Assembly: GCA_963810095.1 (NCBI GenBank)
Contig: CAWEMM010000011.1
Coordinates: 256,001 to 320,000, forward strand
Source: an uncultured Chloroflexia bacterium
Lineage (GTDB): Bacteria; Chloroflexota; Anaerolineae; CG2-30-64-16
Direction: 5' to 3'
Length of the DNA: 64,000 bases
Shown here: positions 1 through 10,011 of the stretch, piece by piece
How the letters are laid out: the number at the start of each line of letters is the position of its first letter
How positions within the stretch are numbered: the first letter of the stretch is position 1
Program-made: the position numbers and the translations under genes
The notes under the pieces: model-generated
Told to the model about the DNA's origin: nothing
Seen by the model: only the letters and a program-made list of their open reading frames with translations
Databases searched by the model: none

Positions 1-1476
1 CGTCTCTGCGAGCCGCGGGTCGAGGTCGGGGGGGAGCTGCAGGTAACGGGAAATCACGTTGCTCGGGTAGATGGTTCCGGTTGCGGCCAGGGTCGTCACG
101 TTCTGTTCCGGAACGTGCGAGAGGGCCGTGTAGCTGCCCAGACCCGACGGCGAGGTCAGCGCGACCAGGTCGCCGGGCGCGCGCAAGAGGGCCTCGTAGG
201 GCTGATCGATGCCGATTGGCTCCCCGACGGCGTAAAGAACCTGCCGGGAGGCCCTGACGACGTCGAACGACACGACGATTGGCCGGCGGCCCTCCGTCGA
301 CGGCAGCTCCGCAGCCCACGGCTGGCCGGCTTCCAGCGAGCGCGCCTGCACCGCCGGCTCGTTCTCCCATCCGCGCCCCGTGTACCGGTCGTACGTCTGC
401 CCCCGCCAGTAGAGCTGCAGGTTCGTTGGATCGCCCCGCACCCGCACCCGCAGCGCAAGCTCGCGGCCGAGTTCCGGCGCCGCGCCCAACAGGTGAGCGC
501 GCGGCAGTCCGCCTTCCGCCGCGCCTGATGGCGGCACGAGGGACCGCACCGGCGCGGGAACCTGGAAGCTGGCACTCACCTGCTGCTCCACCCGCCGCCA
601 GGGTGATTCGAACAAGCCCCAGAACCGCTGCGAAAACTCGCCGGAAGCAACGAACGGCACCGCCGGCGAAAGGGTGGTGACCAGCAGGGTCAGCGCAAGC
701 CCGGTCAGGACTACGTCCAGGCGAATGTCTTCAGCATAGTCCACGCCGGACGCGTCCCACTCCCGCATGTTGAACACCAGCCGGGCCAACACGAGCAGGA
801 ACACCGTGGTTGCCAGAAACAGGAGCATATAGCTGATGGTCTTGGGCGCCCAAAACGCCTGCTGGGCCAGGAAGACGCCGGTCGGCAGCAGGCCCACGAG
901 GGGCTGCCCGCGGCGAGCAACCCACCACGCCGCCCACCCGGCGATGCACCAGCACAGGAGGATGATTAGCCCGATGACGACGAGGTTGTCGGGCGCGCCC
1001 GGCCCAACGACAAGGCCCTTAACCCACCAGGCCACCCGCTGCAAGTAGCCCGCCAGCACCGAGCCCTGCTCGCGGAAGAACGTCACCGCGGGCTCGTGGG
1101 CGCTGCGCCCGCTCAGCGCCCACGACCACCAGCGTCCGAGTTGTCCGGCCAGCGGCAGGGGCCGGAGCACGAACACGCCCCAGAGGAGGTCGGCCACGAC
1201 TCCCGTCGTAACGATGATGACCGACGCAGCCACGCCCGACATGCGCCGGCCCGCCAGCCACCACGCCAGTGCGAACCCGACGATGGAGAGCGTAAGCGCG
1301 GGGTTGAGGCCGGGGAACATCTCGCTGCCGATCAGCGCGACCGGCAGCAGCAGCACTGCGCCGAGGGCTAACCAGAAAACACCCCATCCCGTCGTGGGCC
1401 GGTAGCGCTCCCACAGCCGCATGAACCAGGGCTGCCGCTCGACAAGGGCAGCTGCGTTCTCCCCGGTCGCGCTCAT
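1..1476 (-). CDS. Transglutaminase-like (TgpA/DUF3488-type) membrane protein, 3' end outside window
   Basis: Own translation from ATG at 1476 (overlaps the DUF58 stop): MSATGENAAALVERQPWFMRLWERYRPTTGWGVFWLALGAVLLLP..., several TM segments, then LPRAHLLGAAPELG and ...RYLQLPPDLDPRL at the window edge; the YLQLP motif also occurs in the paralog at 11414-13752. Not in the ORF track, probably because no stop lies in the window. Confidence 0.8.
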   Translation of the reverse strand, partial: MSATGENAAALVERQPWFMRLWERYRPTTGWGVFWLALGAVLLLPVALIGSEMFPGLNPALTLSIVGFALAWWLAGRRMSGVAASVIIVTTGVVADLLWGVFVLRPLPLAGQLGRWWSWALSGRSAHEPAVTFFREQGSVLAGYLQRVAWWVKGLVVGPGAPDNLVVIGLIILLCWCIAGWAAWWVARRGQPLVGLLPTGVFLAQQAFWAPKTISYMLLFLATTVFLLVLARLVFNMREWDASGVDYAEDIRLDVVLTGLALTLLVTTLSPAVPFVASGEFSQRFWGLFESPWRRVEQQVSASFQVPAPVRSLVPPSGAAEGGLPRAHLLGAAPELGRELALRVRVRGDPTNLQLYWRGQTYDRYTGRGWENEPAVQARSLEAGQPWAAELPSTEGRRPIVVSFDVVRASRQVLYAVGEPIGIDQPYEALLRAPGDLVALTSPSGLGSYTALSHVPEQNVTTLAATGTIYPSNVISRYLQLPPDLDPRLAET

Positions 1477-2777
1477 ACCTCCTCCTCGACGTCGACCCGG
1501 ATCACCCGCCCAAAGCCGGACAAGGTCCGGCTCTCCGTGCGCTGGCGCCGAATTTTGTCGATCGGATCGAACGGGAAGCCCTGTGCGAGCACGTTGCTGG
1601 GGATGCGATGCTGAGTGAGCAGCCCGCGCAACCCGAGCAGGGTGCTCGCGTTGCCTTGCGGGGGATCGAACGTCGACGCGTCGAGCAGTACTGCCGTCGG
1701 CGCATTCCCGCGTGAGATGAGCGGCAGCAGCGGCGCGACCCAGGCCGGGTCTTGCGAGGGCGTGATGATGACGAGCGTCCGGCCGCTCCCCAGGCTGGGC
1801 CCGGATTGGCGGATCAACTCGGCCAGGGACATCCCCGCCGCAGGCTCGACCAGCGCCAGCGCTTCGAGGATGCGCCACAACTGGTCCTGTCCGCGACCCG
1901 GCGGCAGCATGAGCGAATTCCGGCCGGAAGCGATCAGGCCCACTGCCCGGCGCTCCCCCTGGCGCAGGTACTGCGCGGCGAGCGACGCGGCCAGGATGAC
2001 GCTGTACTCCTGGGTGGCCTCGGCTTCCTGGCCGGCCTGCACCGCCGCATCCAGGTCGAGGATCAGCCACAGGTCGCCGGACGGCTCGCGGTCGAACTCG
2101 TGCACCATCAACTCGTCGTGGCGGGCGGTCGCCTTCCAATGAACGCGGCGCAGCGCATCGCCCGGCGCATACGGGCGCAAGCCCCCCACAAGAATGGTTT
2201 CTTCGTTCGCGCGGAGGGATGAGGTCGAGCGGCCGGGCGCGCGGCCGCGGGGCAGGTCCAGGTCGGGGAGCCGGGAGGCCCGCGGGTAGACCATGATCGT
2301 CGTGCTCTCGGGATGGCGGTGCATGACCTTGAAAAACCCGAGGGGGTCGCCCATCTCCACGTCCCACGGCCCCAGCCGGAAGACACCCCGGCGCTGGCAC
2401 ACGCCCGCAGTCGTCCAGGAGCGCTCACCCCCGGACTCGGCCGTCTCCACCCGGTCCACCCGGTAGCCGGGCACCTCCGACCGGTCCCACACCCGCGCCC
2501 ACAGCACCGGCAGCTGGCCCCGGTTCGTCAGCGTGAACTGCTCGCGCAGCCGGTCGCCGGCGACCACCCAGGCCCCGTAGGTTCGGCGCTCGACGGTCAC
2601 CTGGTCGCGCAACATCCGTGCCCAGAAATAGGCGACCAAGATCAGAAAGCCGAAACCGACCAGGAGCCAGCTCCAGACCCGATCCGGCGAAACCAGCTGC
2701 AGCACCAACGTCACGCCCCACGCGATGAAGGGCAGCGGCGTGGTCGGGCGCAGCGTGGCTCGTGCGGTAGGCATCAT
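1473..2777 (-). CDS. DUF58 domain-containing protein (MoxR-associated, vWA-like)
   Basis: RRGVFRLGP...GDPLGFF, LRPYAPGDALRRVHWKATARHDELMVHEFD and LILDLD motifs; N-terminal TM segments. Confidence 0.9.
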   Translation of the reverse strand: MMPTARATLRPTTPLPFIAWGVTLVLQLVSPDRVWSWLLVGFGFLILVAYFWARMLRDQVTVERRTYGAWVVAGDRLREQFTLTNRGQLPVLWARVWDRSEVPGYRVDRVETAESGGERSWTTAGVCQRRGVFRLGPWDVEMGDPLGFFKVMHRHPESTTIMVYPRASRLPDLDLPRGRAPGRSTSSLRANEETILVGGLRPYAPGDALRRVHWKATARHDELMVHEFDREPSGDLWLILDLDAAVQAGQEAEATQEYSVILAASLAAQYLRQGERRAVGLIASGRNSLMLPPGRGQDQLWRILEALALVEPAAGMSLAELIRQSGPSLGSGRTLVIITPSQDPAWVAPLLPLISRGNAPTAVLLDASTFDPPQGNASTLLGLRGLLTQHRIPSNVLAQGFPFDPIDKIRRQRTESRTLSGFGRVIRVDVEEEV

Positions 2778-2783
2778 AACGGC

Positions 2784-2792
2784 ATTATAGCA
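2784..2792 (-). promoter_or_regulatory. Extended -10 promoter (TGcTATAAT) for a probably leaderless DUF58-transglutaminase transcript
   Basis: Reverse complement reads TGCTATAATgccgttATG; only 6 nt between the -10 and the ATG at 2777, no room for a Shine-Dalgarno. Confidence 0.6.
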
Positions 2793-2924
2793 CTCACCGA
2801 GAAACCAGGTCGACGCCGCAAGTGGCTGCTTGCCTGCGAGGGTGGCATTCGTGGCAACTTGGTTTGTCGGTGATGGGGGCAGCGTGCTACAATCTCGACG
2901 ATCTCTGACCGGACGGTTCGAGGC

Positions 2925-3716
2925 ATGTGCAAATCAGGACAGCCCTCCATAACGCAACAGCACATCGAAACGGAACAACTCATCGAGGAGTCGGTTAACG
3001 CCCTCACGTGCGACTATGCGTTATACTACCGACCTCAGAACGGTCGCGCCGTGCTGCGACGCAACTGCGACCGCTTCCTGTCCGCTTCCATCATCAAGGT
3101 GCCGATCCTGTTTGCCTGGGCGCACCTGGAGCGGGCCGGCGCCGTTAGCTTACGCGACGCCTGTAACCTGGACGCCGAGGCGCCGGTGGAGGGCGCGGGC
3201 CTCTCGTGGCTGCTTCACCAGCGCACGCTGCCCTTTCACGACGTGCTGCTCCTGATGACGGCGCTCTCCGACAACCTGTGCACTAACCTGGTCATAAGGC
3301 ACGTTGGGCTGGAGCGACTCAACGCGGTCTTCCGCGAGTTGGGTCTGCCCGACGCCAGCTTGCAGCGCAAGCTGTTTGACTACGAGGCGCGGGCGCGGGG
3401 ATTGGACAACTGGGTGTCGGCGGCCGATTGCATCCGGCTTTACGAGCTGCGCGATGCGCTCTCTCCCGGCGAGCGCGCGTGGATCGAGCCGATGCTGCTC
3501 TGGAACTCGGACCTGGGCCTGTGGTTGCGGAATGTCCCGCGCGACACGGTCGAGTTCTATCACAAGTCGGGCAATGTCGAGCATGTGCTCCACGACTGGG
3601 GCTATACACGGCACGCCGACGCGTTCCTGCTCACGCAGAATGTCCGCGACGAGCGCGAGGTCTACCGCCTGCTTGACCTGCTGGGTCCGGCGCTCTTGGA
3701 GGATAAGGCGCCTTAA
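2925..3716 (+). CDS. Class A beta-lactamase-like serine hydrolase
   Basis: SASIIK (SxxK), SDN and HKSG motifs; no signal peptide; TGcTACAAT at 2885-2893 upstream. Confidence 0.85.
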   Translation: MCKSGQPSITQQHIETEQLIEESVNALTCDYALYYRPQNGRAVLRRNCDRFLSASIIKVPILFAWAHLERAGAVSLRDACNLDAEAPVEGAGLSWLLHQRTLPFHDVLLLMTALSDNLCTNLVIRHVGLERLNAVFRELGLPDASLQRKLFDYEARARGLDNWVSAADCIRLYELRDALSPGERAWIEPMLLWNSDLGLWLRNVPRDTVEFYHKSGNVEHVLHDWGYTRHADAFLLTQNVRDEREVYRLLDLLGPALLEDKAP

Positions 3717-3723
3717 TTGATGC

Positions 3724-3753
3724 GACCTCGGGGTCTGCCCACGCGCCGAGGTC
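3724..3753. terminator. Hairpin between convergent genes
   Basis: GACCTCGG-N14-CCGAGGTC; resembles the hairpin at 61303-61333. Confidence 0.4.
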
Positions 3754-3777
3754 TGACTGCGATGACGGGGAACTTTG

Positions 3778-4077
3778 CTACAGCTGGAAACGTCCGCTCG
3801 CGGTAATGACTTTCTGACTGTAGTTGTGGACATGTTCGAGAAGTCGTTCGCGCAGCTGCCGCCAGTCTTCGCTCTCGAGGATCTGGTGCATGGTCGGCAG
3901 GTCGTTAGCCACCGCACCCGTCAGAATCTGGGGCCCGCTGCCATGGACCGTATACCAAGCCTCGGTCGGCTGGAGGCCCAGCCGCATCAGTCCCGGGGCA
4001 AACTCTTGCATCACAAATTCAAAATAGGATTGCTCGTGCCCGGTCTTGATGTCCCAATTCATGAGTAGCTTAACCAT
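3778..4077 (-). CDS. Conserved-looking hypothetical protein (possible dimeric alpha/beta barrel, NIPSNAP-like)
   Basis: 99 aa, GAAGGTGG SD-like sequence upstream, normal composition (MVKLLMNWDIKTGHEQSYFEFV...). Confidence 0.7.
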   Translation of the reverse strand: MVKLLMNWDIKTGHEQSYFEFVMQEFAPGLMRLGLQPTEAWYTVHGSGPQILTGAVANDLPTMHQILESEDWRQLRERLLEHVHNYSQKVITASGRFQL

Positions 4078-4154
4078 GCGGACCCACCTTCCCTCGCTGC
4101 GGAGACGGTTGGTCGGAGGATACCAGAATCACCTACATTAAGCAAGTCACCATC

Positions 4155-6209
4155 GTGCTTGGCATCGTCTTGTGCTTGCTTTCACTCGGACGATTGGTCG
4201 CGCAAGCGGGCTCCCTGCCGCAGGTCGCCACCCCCGGCAGTGCGGCCGTGGGCGTCGTTCCGGCGGACGGCAAACCGCCGCGGCATCCGCCTCCGCAGCC
4301 AGACCGTCAACGCCGTCATCACGGAAGCTGCGGACGGCGTGTGGGCCGACACCGACCTGCAGGTGCAGTTACAGAACCGGGGCAAGACGCCCATCGTCGT
4401 ACCGGTCGGCCTGCCTGGGCCACAGCCGGCGGCTTATGTCACCACTACGCTCGGCCTTCCCGAGATTTACGAAGTGACGCTCGACAAGAAGCCCCTCGCC
4501 CTTGTGCCGCTCGGGCCTGGAGAGCGACCCGGGATTCGGGCCTCGGCCGTGATCACCGTCCCCGAGCAGGGCACCGTGTCGCTGCGGGTGCGCTACAGGC
4601 AGGCCGTGCCGGTGCGCGACGACCTGGCAGCGTACGTGTATCCGCTGGCCAGCGGGAACGTTTGGGCAGGCGCGCCTGAGTCGTTGAGCGTGCTCCTGAC
4701 TTTCAAGCGGGCCGTTTCACGCGAGCAAGTGATGTTCCTCACGCCCGGATGGCGCACGCCCCGGCCGGGCGCCTATGCCTGGGGCTGGAGCGGGGCCAAG
4801 GCGTCCTCGAATGCCGCCGCAGTGTTCGTGACGAATCGATGGTGGCAGGAGCTCGAAGCTGCCCGGGCGGCGGCTGCAGGGTCCAATTCGGGGCTGGCCG
4901 AACACGCAGCCCTCGCGGAGCATTACTGGCGACTCGCCACACTCGCCCCGCCCGCCTTTGCACCGGGCGCATCCTTCTATGACCGGGCGTTCCCGCTCGC
5001 GGTTGCCGCTTGGCGGGCCGGGCTCGCCCGGGCCGGCGCAACGACACCCCCCGCCGACCTCGCCCGTGCACACGAACGCCTCGCCGGGTTGTACCTGGCA
5101 GAGGGTAATCGTGCCGGGGGGGCTGCCGCGCAGACGTATCTGCAGCTCGCAGCAGACGAAATGGCCGCAGGCGTCGCCCTGGATCCGGGCAACGAGGAGC
5201 TGGCCTCCTCCGCGAGCGCCCTAGAGGAACGGTTGGCGGCGGGCGCGGCAAACCGCGGCGACGGTATGCTCGCCTCGGCCCACTCCGCGCGTCTCGCGGC
5301 ACTTGCCGCGGGACAGTACGCGTCGACCTCGGCGCAGGTCGCCCAGCAGCAGGCGCTGGCTCTTGCGGAGGCGGCCGTCACCGCCGGCGACCTCGCCGGC
5401 GCGCGACATTTGCTGGCCGAGGCTTATGGGCCCGAGGTGCTCCAGGTCACGAATGCCCGCCCGCCCCTGGTCACGCAATCGATTGTGCACGTAAAGAGCC
5501 GGCCGGCGGGCCGGGAGATCTCGCTGCGCCTGGTCGGAGGTAGCGCCGGGTCGGCGACGGGCCTGGTCGAGGAAACGGCCGCTGCGCTGCGCCGGGTGGC
5601 GCCCGTGACTTCAGCGGCCGACACGCTGACCGTCACCCTGGCGTATACGGATCCAGCCGCGCTCATCGCCGCACAGGGCCGGCTCGCCGCCGCCCTGCCC
5701 CACTTGCCCGAACTGGCCCTGCTTTCATCCGCACTGTCGACGCGCCGGCTGGCCTGGCCCGAGCAGGCGAACCTGGTTTCGCGCACCTCGCGTTACGAGG
5801 AACGCGTCGACCTGACGCCGAGTGTTGCGGCCTGGGACGCCGAGGCGGCGAAGCTGGAGGCGGCGGCGGTCGAGGCCACAGGGGTCGGCGGGCCACTGGA
5901 CCGGCTGCGCGCGGCGCTGTGGCGGGCGCGGATGCGCGGGCCTGGCGGGATATGGGGGCGCTGAGTCGGGCCACGTACGAGGTCGAGCTGCAGGAGCAAG
6001 GCGCGGGACCGGATTGGCTACAGGCCCGCGTGCATCAGCTGTACCAGGAAGGCTCGGTGGGCCGCGAGTGGGTCATCCGCGCCGGCGAAACCCGTCAGCT
6101 CGAAATGGCAGTGCTCGGATGGCGGTACGACCGGGTCGCGCTGGCGACAGGCGTCGCCCTCCTGATGGCCGGTCTCGCCGTGGTCGTCCTGTGGTTGGCC
6201 ACGAGCTAA
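4155..6209 (+). CDS. Hypothetical secreted protein with C-terminal TM anchor (frameshifts near 4280 and 5925)
   Basis: Signal-peptide-like start in the 4155 frame, body in the 4159 frame (beta-rich N-terminal domain with YVYPLASGNVW, then helical TPR-like region), TM anchor in the 5919 frame. Confidence 0.6.
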
Positions 6210-6280
6210 ACAGACGGAAGCGGCGCTGCGCCCAGTCCCCCCCGCCTCGAATGGCCGCGCCCTTGCGGAAGCGCCCAAGT

Positions 6281-7611
6281 CTAGCGGCGCCGGATCATAG
6301 GCAGGTAGAGGTGGTTCTTCAGCTTCGCGGGATCGGTGGTCGGACGGGGGGTTGGCGTACGGGTCGGCGTGCTGCGTGCGGGTCGGCGTGTGCGTGCGGG
6401 TGGGCGTGGAAGTCCGCGTTGGCGTTCGCGTCGGGGTGAAGGTCGGCCGCCGGCTGTCCCGCGCCATAGATCGCCTTGATCCCGGCGATATCGTTTGCGC
6501 CCAGCGACCGCTTCACCGTGCCCATGACATACGACGCGCACATGACAGGCGTGCTGTAAGGACAGTTGCCATCGGTGTCGTGCGCCAGCGAAAGGAAATG
6601 GCCCAACTCGTGCGTTGCGACGGTTTGCAGGTCCGGCTCGTTGCTCGAAGGTGAGCCGGTCGCGTCCCACGCATAGTAGTCGTTGAAACGGAGATCGACG
6701 TCCACGATCTGCCCGTTGTCGTATTTCCACCACTGCGTCTCCGCGAGCGTCGTCACGTTCCCCAAATCCTGCCAGTAGATCACATTCTGGTCGTCTGCCG
6801 CCCACGAGGTCGCGCCCGTGGTCCCGCCATACTTGAAGGAAAACGCAGCGCCCGCGTCGTTCCACGCACCGGCTGCCCACAGGATCGCGTTACGAAACGC
6901 TTCATACGACCCGTTCGCACCGCCGGCGTCGCCCGTGTTGATGTTGATACGGTAACTCTCTTCCATGGGATTGGGGCCGAACCACTTTGCATTGTTGTAC
7001 TGGTAATCGTCGGGCCCCGCGCCAGCGAGCGCGGATGGTCCCGGCAAGAGCGCCTGGGGCGCGGCGCCTAAGGACGGTGCACTGCTGTCCGGCGTGTTCG
7101 GCTCGGCCGGCCAGCGTCCTTCGATCACGCCGGCATCGAGGTCCGAAAGCTGCAGGTCCGCCTGCCACGCTCGGTTAACAGCCCGGCCGCCGGCGATGGT
7201 GAACTTGCCCTGCTCGCCCGCGGTCACCCGGTACGCGCCGCGTTTCAGCTCCCCCAGGAAAAGGTAGACGTCCTCGCCCGCCTCAAAGACCGGCTCTTCC
7301 GAAGAAACCATCGTCAAGCCGTCTACCGTGCCCCCGAGCACCCGCACGGGCAGCAGCGCGCCGGTGGAGAGATGGCCGCGCGGAATGGCACTCAGCCGCA
7401 CGTACACAGTGCTTTCGATCTGTCGCTCCGCGTTCCACCCGGACTCAATGCGTTCTACTTGCCCCCGCACGACCAGGGCGCTGCGCGCGTCGATTTCCGA
7501 AAGCGGGAGGCGAATACTGGTCGCGTCGATGCGACCGGCCAGCAGAAAGGCAGCGAGCGCCGCGAGAAGGCACGCGACGACCGCCCGCCCGTAACGTGAG
7601 TAGTAGGTCAT
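6281..7611 (-). CDS. Matrixin (M10/M57-like) zinc metalloprotease with Pro/Thr linker and C-terminal YLPMIRR motif (frameshift near 6460)
   Basis: Signal peptide, HELGHFLSLAH zinc motif and Met-turn (PVM); after the frameshift TPTRTPTRTSTPTRT...KNHLYLPMIRRR. Confidence 0.85.
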
Positions 7612-7750
7612 GGGAACCGTTCCATGAGGAGGATGACGAACTTTATGTGCAGTATAAGCGCGAAGCTTACAAGTTTTCAAGTTCGGAGGAAGGGGTTTGG
7701 AACGCGAAGGCGCCAGCGCTGCTGGCGTCAGCGAATGCGGGTGAAGACAT

Positions 7751-7787
7751 GTAGGGGCAAGGCATCCCTCGGATGCCTTGCCCCTAC
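7751..7787. repeat. GTAG-type REP-like palindrome
   Basis: GTAGGGGCAAGGCATCC-ctc-GGATGCCTTGCCCCTAC, perfect 17-bp stem just after the M42 stop. Confidence 0.75.
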
Positions 7788-7791
7788 CGGG

Positions 7792-8796
7792 CTAGAGTTC
7801 GATGGGCTTCGCGAGAAACGCCTTCAACAAGTTCACCGTAGCGCGCACGTCGCGCTCGTCCACAATCTGCGACGGCGTGTGCACGTGGCGGCTGGGGATC
7901 GAGAGCGCCGTGGCCGGCACACCGGCTCGTCCGACCTGGATCGCGAAGGCATCGGTTGTTCCGCCCTGAAGGACTTCGAGTTGGTACGGGATGCCCGCCG
8001 CCTCGGCTGTGTCTTCAAGGCGGGCGTTGAGACCGGGGTGGCCGATCATGCCCGAATCGAGCACCTTGACGGCCACGCCCTTGCCAATCCCGACCTCCAT
8101 GGCCGGCGAGGCATAGGGAACGTCGCCCGTCATCGTGACGTCCAGCGCAATGGCGAGGTCGGGATCGATGGCATAACCAGACGTACGGGCCCCGCGCGTC
8201 CCCACTTCCTCCTGCGTCGTGAACACCGCGTACAGGTCATGGTCGACCGGCGCCTCTTTCAGCTCGCGCAGCAGTTGCACGAGGACGACACAGCCGGCCC
8301 GGTCGTCCATGTTCGGCGAGAACCAGGTGTGGCCTTGCGCCACAAAGCCCGGCCAGAAGCCGCACACCGAGCCGACCTTCTGCTTCACGTCTGCCTTGCC
8401 GCCGGCGCCCACGTCGATATAGAAGTCGCGCAGCTCGGGCAGCTTGTGCCGCACGTCGATCCGGCCGTCCACACCGATCGTGCCGATCGTCCCGTCGGCA
8501 AACCGCACCTGCCCGCCCCACGACGCCAGGCTGTAGATGAAGCCGACGTTGGTGAAGCGCATGAACCCCTTCTCGTCGATATGGGTCACCATCAGGCCAA
8601 TCTGGTCCATGTGCGCGGCCAGCATCACCCGCTTGCCACCGCCGCGGCCCCGCTTCAGGGTCACCAGGTTCCCGAGCGCGTCGACCTGCACCTCGTCGAC
8701 CAGGCCGTTCAGCTCGGCACGGATGACGTCGCGGATCTCGTCCTCGAAGCCCGACACGCCGAATGCCTCGGCCAGACGCTTTGCCAGTTCTTGCAT
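7792..8796 (-). CDS. M42 family metallo-aminopeptidase (paralog 3)
   Basis: GVSGFE, AAHMDQIG, MDDRAG, QEEVG, LDVT, GGTTD and RHVHTP motifs. Confidence 0.93.
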   Translation of the reverse strand: MQELAKRLAEAFGVSGFEDEIRDVIRAELNGLVDEVQVDALGNLVTLKRGRGGGKRVMLAAHMDQIGLMVTHIDEKGFMRFTNVGFIYSLASWGGQVRFADGTIGTIGVDGRIDVRHKLPELRDFYIDVGAGGKADVKQKVGSVCGFWPGFVAQGHTWFSPNMDDRAGCVVLVQLLRELKEAPVDHDLYAVFTTQEEVGTRGARTSGYAIDPDLAIALDVTMTGDVPYASPAMEVGIGKGVAVKVLDSGMIGHPGLNARLEDTAEAAGIPYQLEVLQGGTTDAFAIQVGRAGVPATALSIPSRHVHTPSQIVDERDVRATVNLLKAFLAKPIEL

Positions 8797-8808
8797 AGCG
8801 AGTGCTCC

Positions 8809-9878
8809 TTATCCGCGCGCGAGGTGCTCTGGCGACAGGCGCCGCAAGGCGGCATCCATCAGCCGGACCGTCGCGTCGAGATCGTTCAGGTTGAGAATCG
8901 AAGCCGGCCCGTGGATGTAGCGGCAGGGGACGGCCACGGCAACCGAGGGCACGCCGCTGCGCGCCAGGTGGATGGCGCCGCTGTCAGTGCCGCCCAACCC
9001 AGGAGCCTTGTACTGGACCGCGATCCCCTCGGCTGCGGCCGTCTGCTGCAGCAGTGCAACCAGCCCCGGGTGTGCGAACAGGCTCCGGTCCATCAAGGTG
9101 ATGGCCGGCCCGTCGCCAAGGCGCGTGACGGCGGTGCTGTCCTCGTCCGCCGGCCGTGGCAAATCGTCGCAGATGGTGCCTTCGAGTGCAAAGGCGGCTT
9201 GCGGGTCGAGACGGTGGGCAACCACCCGCGCGCCCCTCAGGCCCACTTCCTCCTGCACGGTGAAGACGCCGTAGATGTCGACCGGATACGGCTCGCCCTG
9301 CAACAGCGTAACCAGGGCCGCACAGCCTGCCCGGTCATCAAACCCCTTGCCGCGGACCGTCGGCCAGGCCGGGATCGTCGCTCAGGGCGACAAAGCGGGT
9401 GGCGAAGGTGGCATAGTCGCCCACCTTCGCCTTGCTCGCTGCGCCCTTCTCGTCCGATGCGCCGATATCGATAAAGAGATCGTCCGCGTCCACCACGCGG
9501 CTCGCCGAATCGCCCTTCTGCAAATGCGGCACGGGCGAGCCGATAATGCCCGGGCACGCGGCTTTCGCCGATGACGAGCCGCTTCGCCAGCAGCAGGCGA
9601 GCATCGATCGAGCGGGCGGAAAACGATAGCGTGCCGTTCTTGTTCACTTTCGTGATCATGAAGCCGACTTCGTCCATGTGCGCGCTCAGCATGATCCGCG
9701 GCCTAGGCTCGGCCCCCGTCCCGGCCTTGAACGCAATCAGGTTTCCCAGCGCGTCGATCTCGATCCGGTCCACCCGCGCCTCGATTTCCTCTCGGACGAG
9801 GGTTCGGACCGCTTTTTCGTTTCCCGATGGGCCAAACGCCTCAGACAGCCGGCCCAGCAACTCGCGCAGTTCGGTCAC
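8809..9878 (-). CDS. M42 family metallo-aminopeptidase (paralog 2, frameshifted)
   Basis: GPSGNE and SAHMDEVG in 9237-9878; QEEVGLRG, GGTDSG and RYIHGP in 8809-9303. Confidence 0.88.
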
Positions 9879-9902
9879 TTGCTGCTCCTACAGAGGAACG
9901 TC

Positions 9903-9964
9903 GACACAAAGACACGAAGACACAGGGTGGCGACGTCGGCTTCGTGCCCTGGTGACTTTGTATC
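9903..9964. repeat. Imperfect palindrome of 8-bp ACACRAAG units (family copy 1)
   Basis: GACACAAAGACACGAAGACACAG...CTTCGTGCCCTGGTGACTTTGTATC. Confidence 0.7.
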
Positions 9965-10011
9965 TATCCGAGAATTAGCTGGGGCCGGTCTCTGACCGTG
10001 CCCCGTCTGGG

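Noticed and set aside
2925-3716. Antibiotic-resistance beta-lactamase
   Set aside because: No signal peptide and no clear omega-loop ExxLN motif; better called a beta-lactamase-like serine hydrolase
7624-9474. Long antisense or alternate-frame ORFs (also 21049-22242, 32452-33681, 50155-51462, 52694-54433)
   Set aside because: Shadow ORFs of high-GC codon usage overlapping well-supported genes, with no motifs
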